Source of the DNA: Eutreptiella sp. 'Long Island Sound 2002'
Taxonomy: Eukaryota > Protista > Euglenida
Direction: 5' to 3'
DNA length: 64,000 bases
NCBI GenBank assembly: GCA_964036045.1
Contig: OZ038378.1
Coordinates: 11,346,001 to 11,410,000 of the forward strand
Shown: one piece after another, positions 61,457-64,000 of the stretch
Numbering within the stretch: the first letter of the stretch is position 1
Layout: the number at the start of each line of letters is the position of its first letter
Notes under the pieces: generated by a model
Databases searched by the model: none
Seen by the model: only the letters and a program-made list of their open reading frames with translations
Told to the model about the DNA's origin: nothing
Translations under genes and position numbers: made by a program

Positions 61457-62425
61457 GAACACCCCACGTCGGGTCATGAGGCCGAGCTGTGGAGTGACGC
61501 CCCGGCAACTTGTTGGTGGGCCCCACAGAATGCCCTCATCGACGGATATGTTGCTGACCTCCACAGCCGGACAGAGCGTACGGAGGCCATGGGTTAAAAG
61601 GATCAATCCCCAACACATATGCAAAGACGTATTCAGAGAGAGATGGCCCGTGCAGATGCACATATCCCTTTCCCCATTCTGATCGCAGCCCAATGGCTCT
61701 TGTCCGAGGCCCACCGCAGCACAACTGCCCCCCCTCCTCACCCGCAAATACCAACAGGCACACTGCACAGTTACTCAACACGTGTGGCAAACCCTCTTTC
61801 CGAGTACCCTCAGCCCCCCCCGCCCCCTCTACACAACGCCCCCCGGCCCAGGGGACGGTTGCCAAATGACCGCCTACAAATCGTGCGGCCAGACCCAAGC
61901 CCTTGGCTTTTCCATGCATCAGTACATTGGGCTGGCACCGAATCAAACGTAGGCCCCACAATCCCATGGTCCCGACACCTGCTCTTTGGCCATAAGCCGC
62001 CGCTGATGGGCGCCCTCCGGACTCACTCCAGGCTCAGTGCCTTGCCAGACCCGGCACAGCCGCCACGCGCCTTGCACCTACTGTTGCGTCCATCACTGTC
62101 TGCCAGAAAGCTGGGACGCCAGCCCGATGAACAGGGAGAACTACCGGGCGGTCGTGCTCACGCTCACGACCCACCTCCCCTACTTCTTCGGCTGGTTTGT
62201 GGGAGACGCCGAATGGGCCATGGGGATGGTCCGGAGTGTCCACGGCCACGAGTGGGGACAATTCCTCCGCCGCAGCGGCGGCCTTCCGGTGTCCCTGATG
62301 GACATCGGTCGTATCTTCGTACGCCACTGCAGCCTCCGGACTTCCTTCGGCGAGCCACCACGACCGCTGCGCTCCCGGCGCTGCAATCCGATGCATTGGA
62401 GAGTGCCCGCAGAGCGATACGGGCA
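61457..62425 (+). CDS. Plus-strand gene of unknown function, exons about 61457-61577 and 62107-62425; likely continues to the window end
   Basis: EHPTSGHEAELWSDAPATCWWAPQNALIDGYVADLHSR joins in phase 1 to SWDASPMNRENYRAVVLTLTTHLPYFFGWFVGDAEW...; GC3-rich; donor GTGAGC. Confidence 0.6.
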
Positions 62426-64000
62426 GTGAGCCCGTGCCCGTGGTCTGATTTGCAAAACCAGCCGGCGCGCAGCCCCGGGCGGCCGGCGCGGTACGGCCCC
62501 CGGCCCGCCTGCCCCGTGCACCACGCAGATGCCGTGCAACATGTCGGACGCGTGCGCGGCCCCCGCAGGTCTGTGGGGAGGAGCGGGCGGGCGTTGATGC
62601 TGCGGGGCTGTGTCGTGGTCATGGGAGGCGACGGAGTCTACTTTGGGTCCCTGGGACGTGTAGTCCCGGCCGTGCCACGGGCCACCCCACGCCCAACGTC
62701 CGTCGTCTGCCTTTTTTGCGGAAGCGTTTCCATTGGCCCACGAGAGCGCGCGGCCACTTTACGCGGGTGTCGAAGGTCCCCCGGACACTTTCACGCCGGC
62801 CTCTACCACCGGCGCGATCCGGCTCGTCAATAGCGGGCGTGGCCCTTGCCGCGGTACGTGAGCAATGCGACGGTGGGCCTGCGGTCCTGTGCCTCAAGAG
62901 CGTGTCTAATGCGCTTTGCATGAGAACGACGGGCCGGTGCGCCAGCGGTTTGGTCGCCGGGCCCGTTTCGGGGACGGGGGATTGGGTGGTATCACGAAGG
63001 CAGAAGGACGGGGGCGTGGTGAAGTGGTGGCCGCTGGATGGGGGGGGTCTGAGAAGGAGGGGCCCCTGAACGTGCCTCTGCCAGCGCTGGCGGGGGGGGG
63101 GGGGGCGGACGCCAGGGGAGGTGGCGAGGAGACGGGACGCACTGCTGTACGAGCGCTGTTTCACAGGGGCTGGCAGGTGTGCCGCGCAGTACAACCGCTG
63201 TCCAGGGCCATGTCTGTTTTGTGACCTGCTTCTGTGGAGTGAGGCCCTTTCTGTGTACCGGGAGGGGGGGGGGGGGGCGTTTTTGTGGGTCAAAGTGCAA
63301 TGTCAGCCACGCTCACCACTGCCGCCTCGCTGCCCTTGTGGTGCCCTGTGCCGGCAGGGCAGGGCTCACATGCGGTCATTCCAATGACCCATGAAGTTCA
63401 GAGGGCGCTCTCCACCACATCTGATGTGGGAACTGCCACACGGCCCACGGGGTTCCGCATCACCAAGTCTAACACCGCAGGAGAACCCCGTGCGAGGGGG
63501 GGGGGGGGCTGGGGGACTTGCGCGTGTTGCCATCGCGGCCGTTGCTTTGAAACTGCGCAGCCTTGACCGTCGGACTTCCAACTGCCCGTCTGACTGGTCC
63601 TCCTGCACGGTCCCCGCCGTACCGGTGCAGCACGTCCCCTGAAGCGCACGTTGGAGAACGCCGAAGCAAAGTGGAGGCCAATGGGGTTCAGGACGCCCCA
63701 ACACCTCCACCCCAGCCTGGTGCATGGCGGTCATCGCCTGCAGTGCTTGCCACCGGGCCTCCGCAGTGGAGGTCGATGGACGGTCGGCCGGCTGCTCCAC
63801 CATGTCGATCCTGGAGTGGCAAGCCGGTCCGCGTGGATGGACGTTAAATGATGAAGGCAAAACCATTCGGGGCTCCGTGGGCCCTACGGTCTGCTACACC
63901 CTGCCGTCGCCCAGACGTGAAAGAGGGTAGGGCAGCACCCCGGTTTGGCGCGCTTTGTGGGAATTCCTGCACCGCGCGGACCCCCAGAAGCAGATTGGGC

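Noticed and set aside
61619-62833. 404-aa plus-strand ORF
   Set aside because: Pro/Arg-rich alternative frame over a GC-rich exon and introns; the GC3-biased frame is the one starting at 62107.

Overview
Repeat-rich eukaryotic nuclear DNA with GT-AG introns and many poly-G/C tracts. A euglenid or other protist origin is an inference from gene layout, not established. I reconstructed exon structures by hand. Four co-directional minus-strand genes, in transcriptional order: (1) a two-exon EEP-fold phosphodiesterase resembling neutral sphingomyelinases (54366-49411); (2) a three-exon GH5 endoglycoceramidase-related glycolipid beta-glucosidase with a 1479-nt first exon (45178-39005); (3) a 14-exon CAMK-group Ser/Thr kinase with an unusually long activation segment (31942-8165); (4) a membrane protein of unknown function with a bacterial-Ig-like motif, which starts about 235 bp after the kinase stop and runs off the window (7930 to <1). 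A divergent plus-strand gene of unknown function begins near 61 kb. Introns and spacers hold a non-autonomous hAT element with perfect TIRs and an 8-bp TSD, a tRNA-headed SINE candidate with a 20-bp TSD, a possible decayed DIRS-like element, foldback elements, dispersed repeat families and micro/minisatellites. The most notable lead is the pair of adjacent, intron-poor, putative ceramide-releasing hydrolases. No rRNA, intact tRNA or CRISPR array was found. Most long ORFs in the supplied track are antisense shadows or repeat artefacts.
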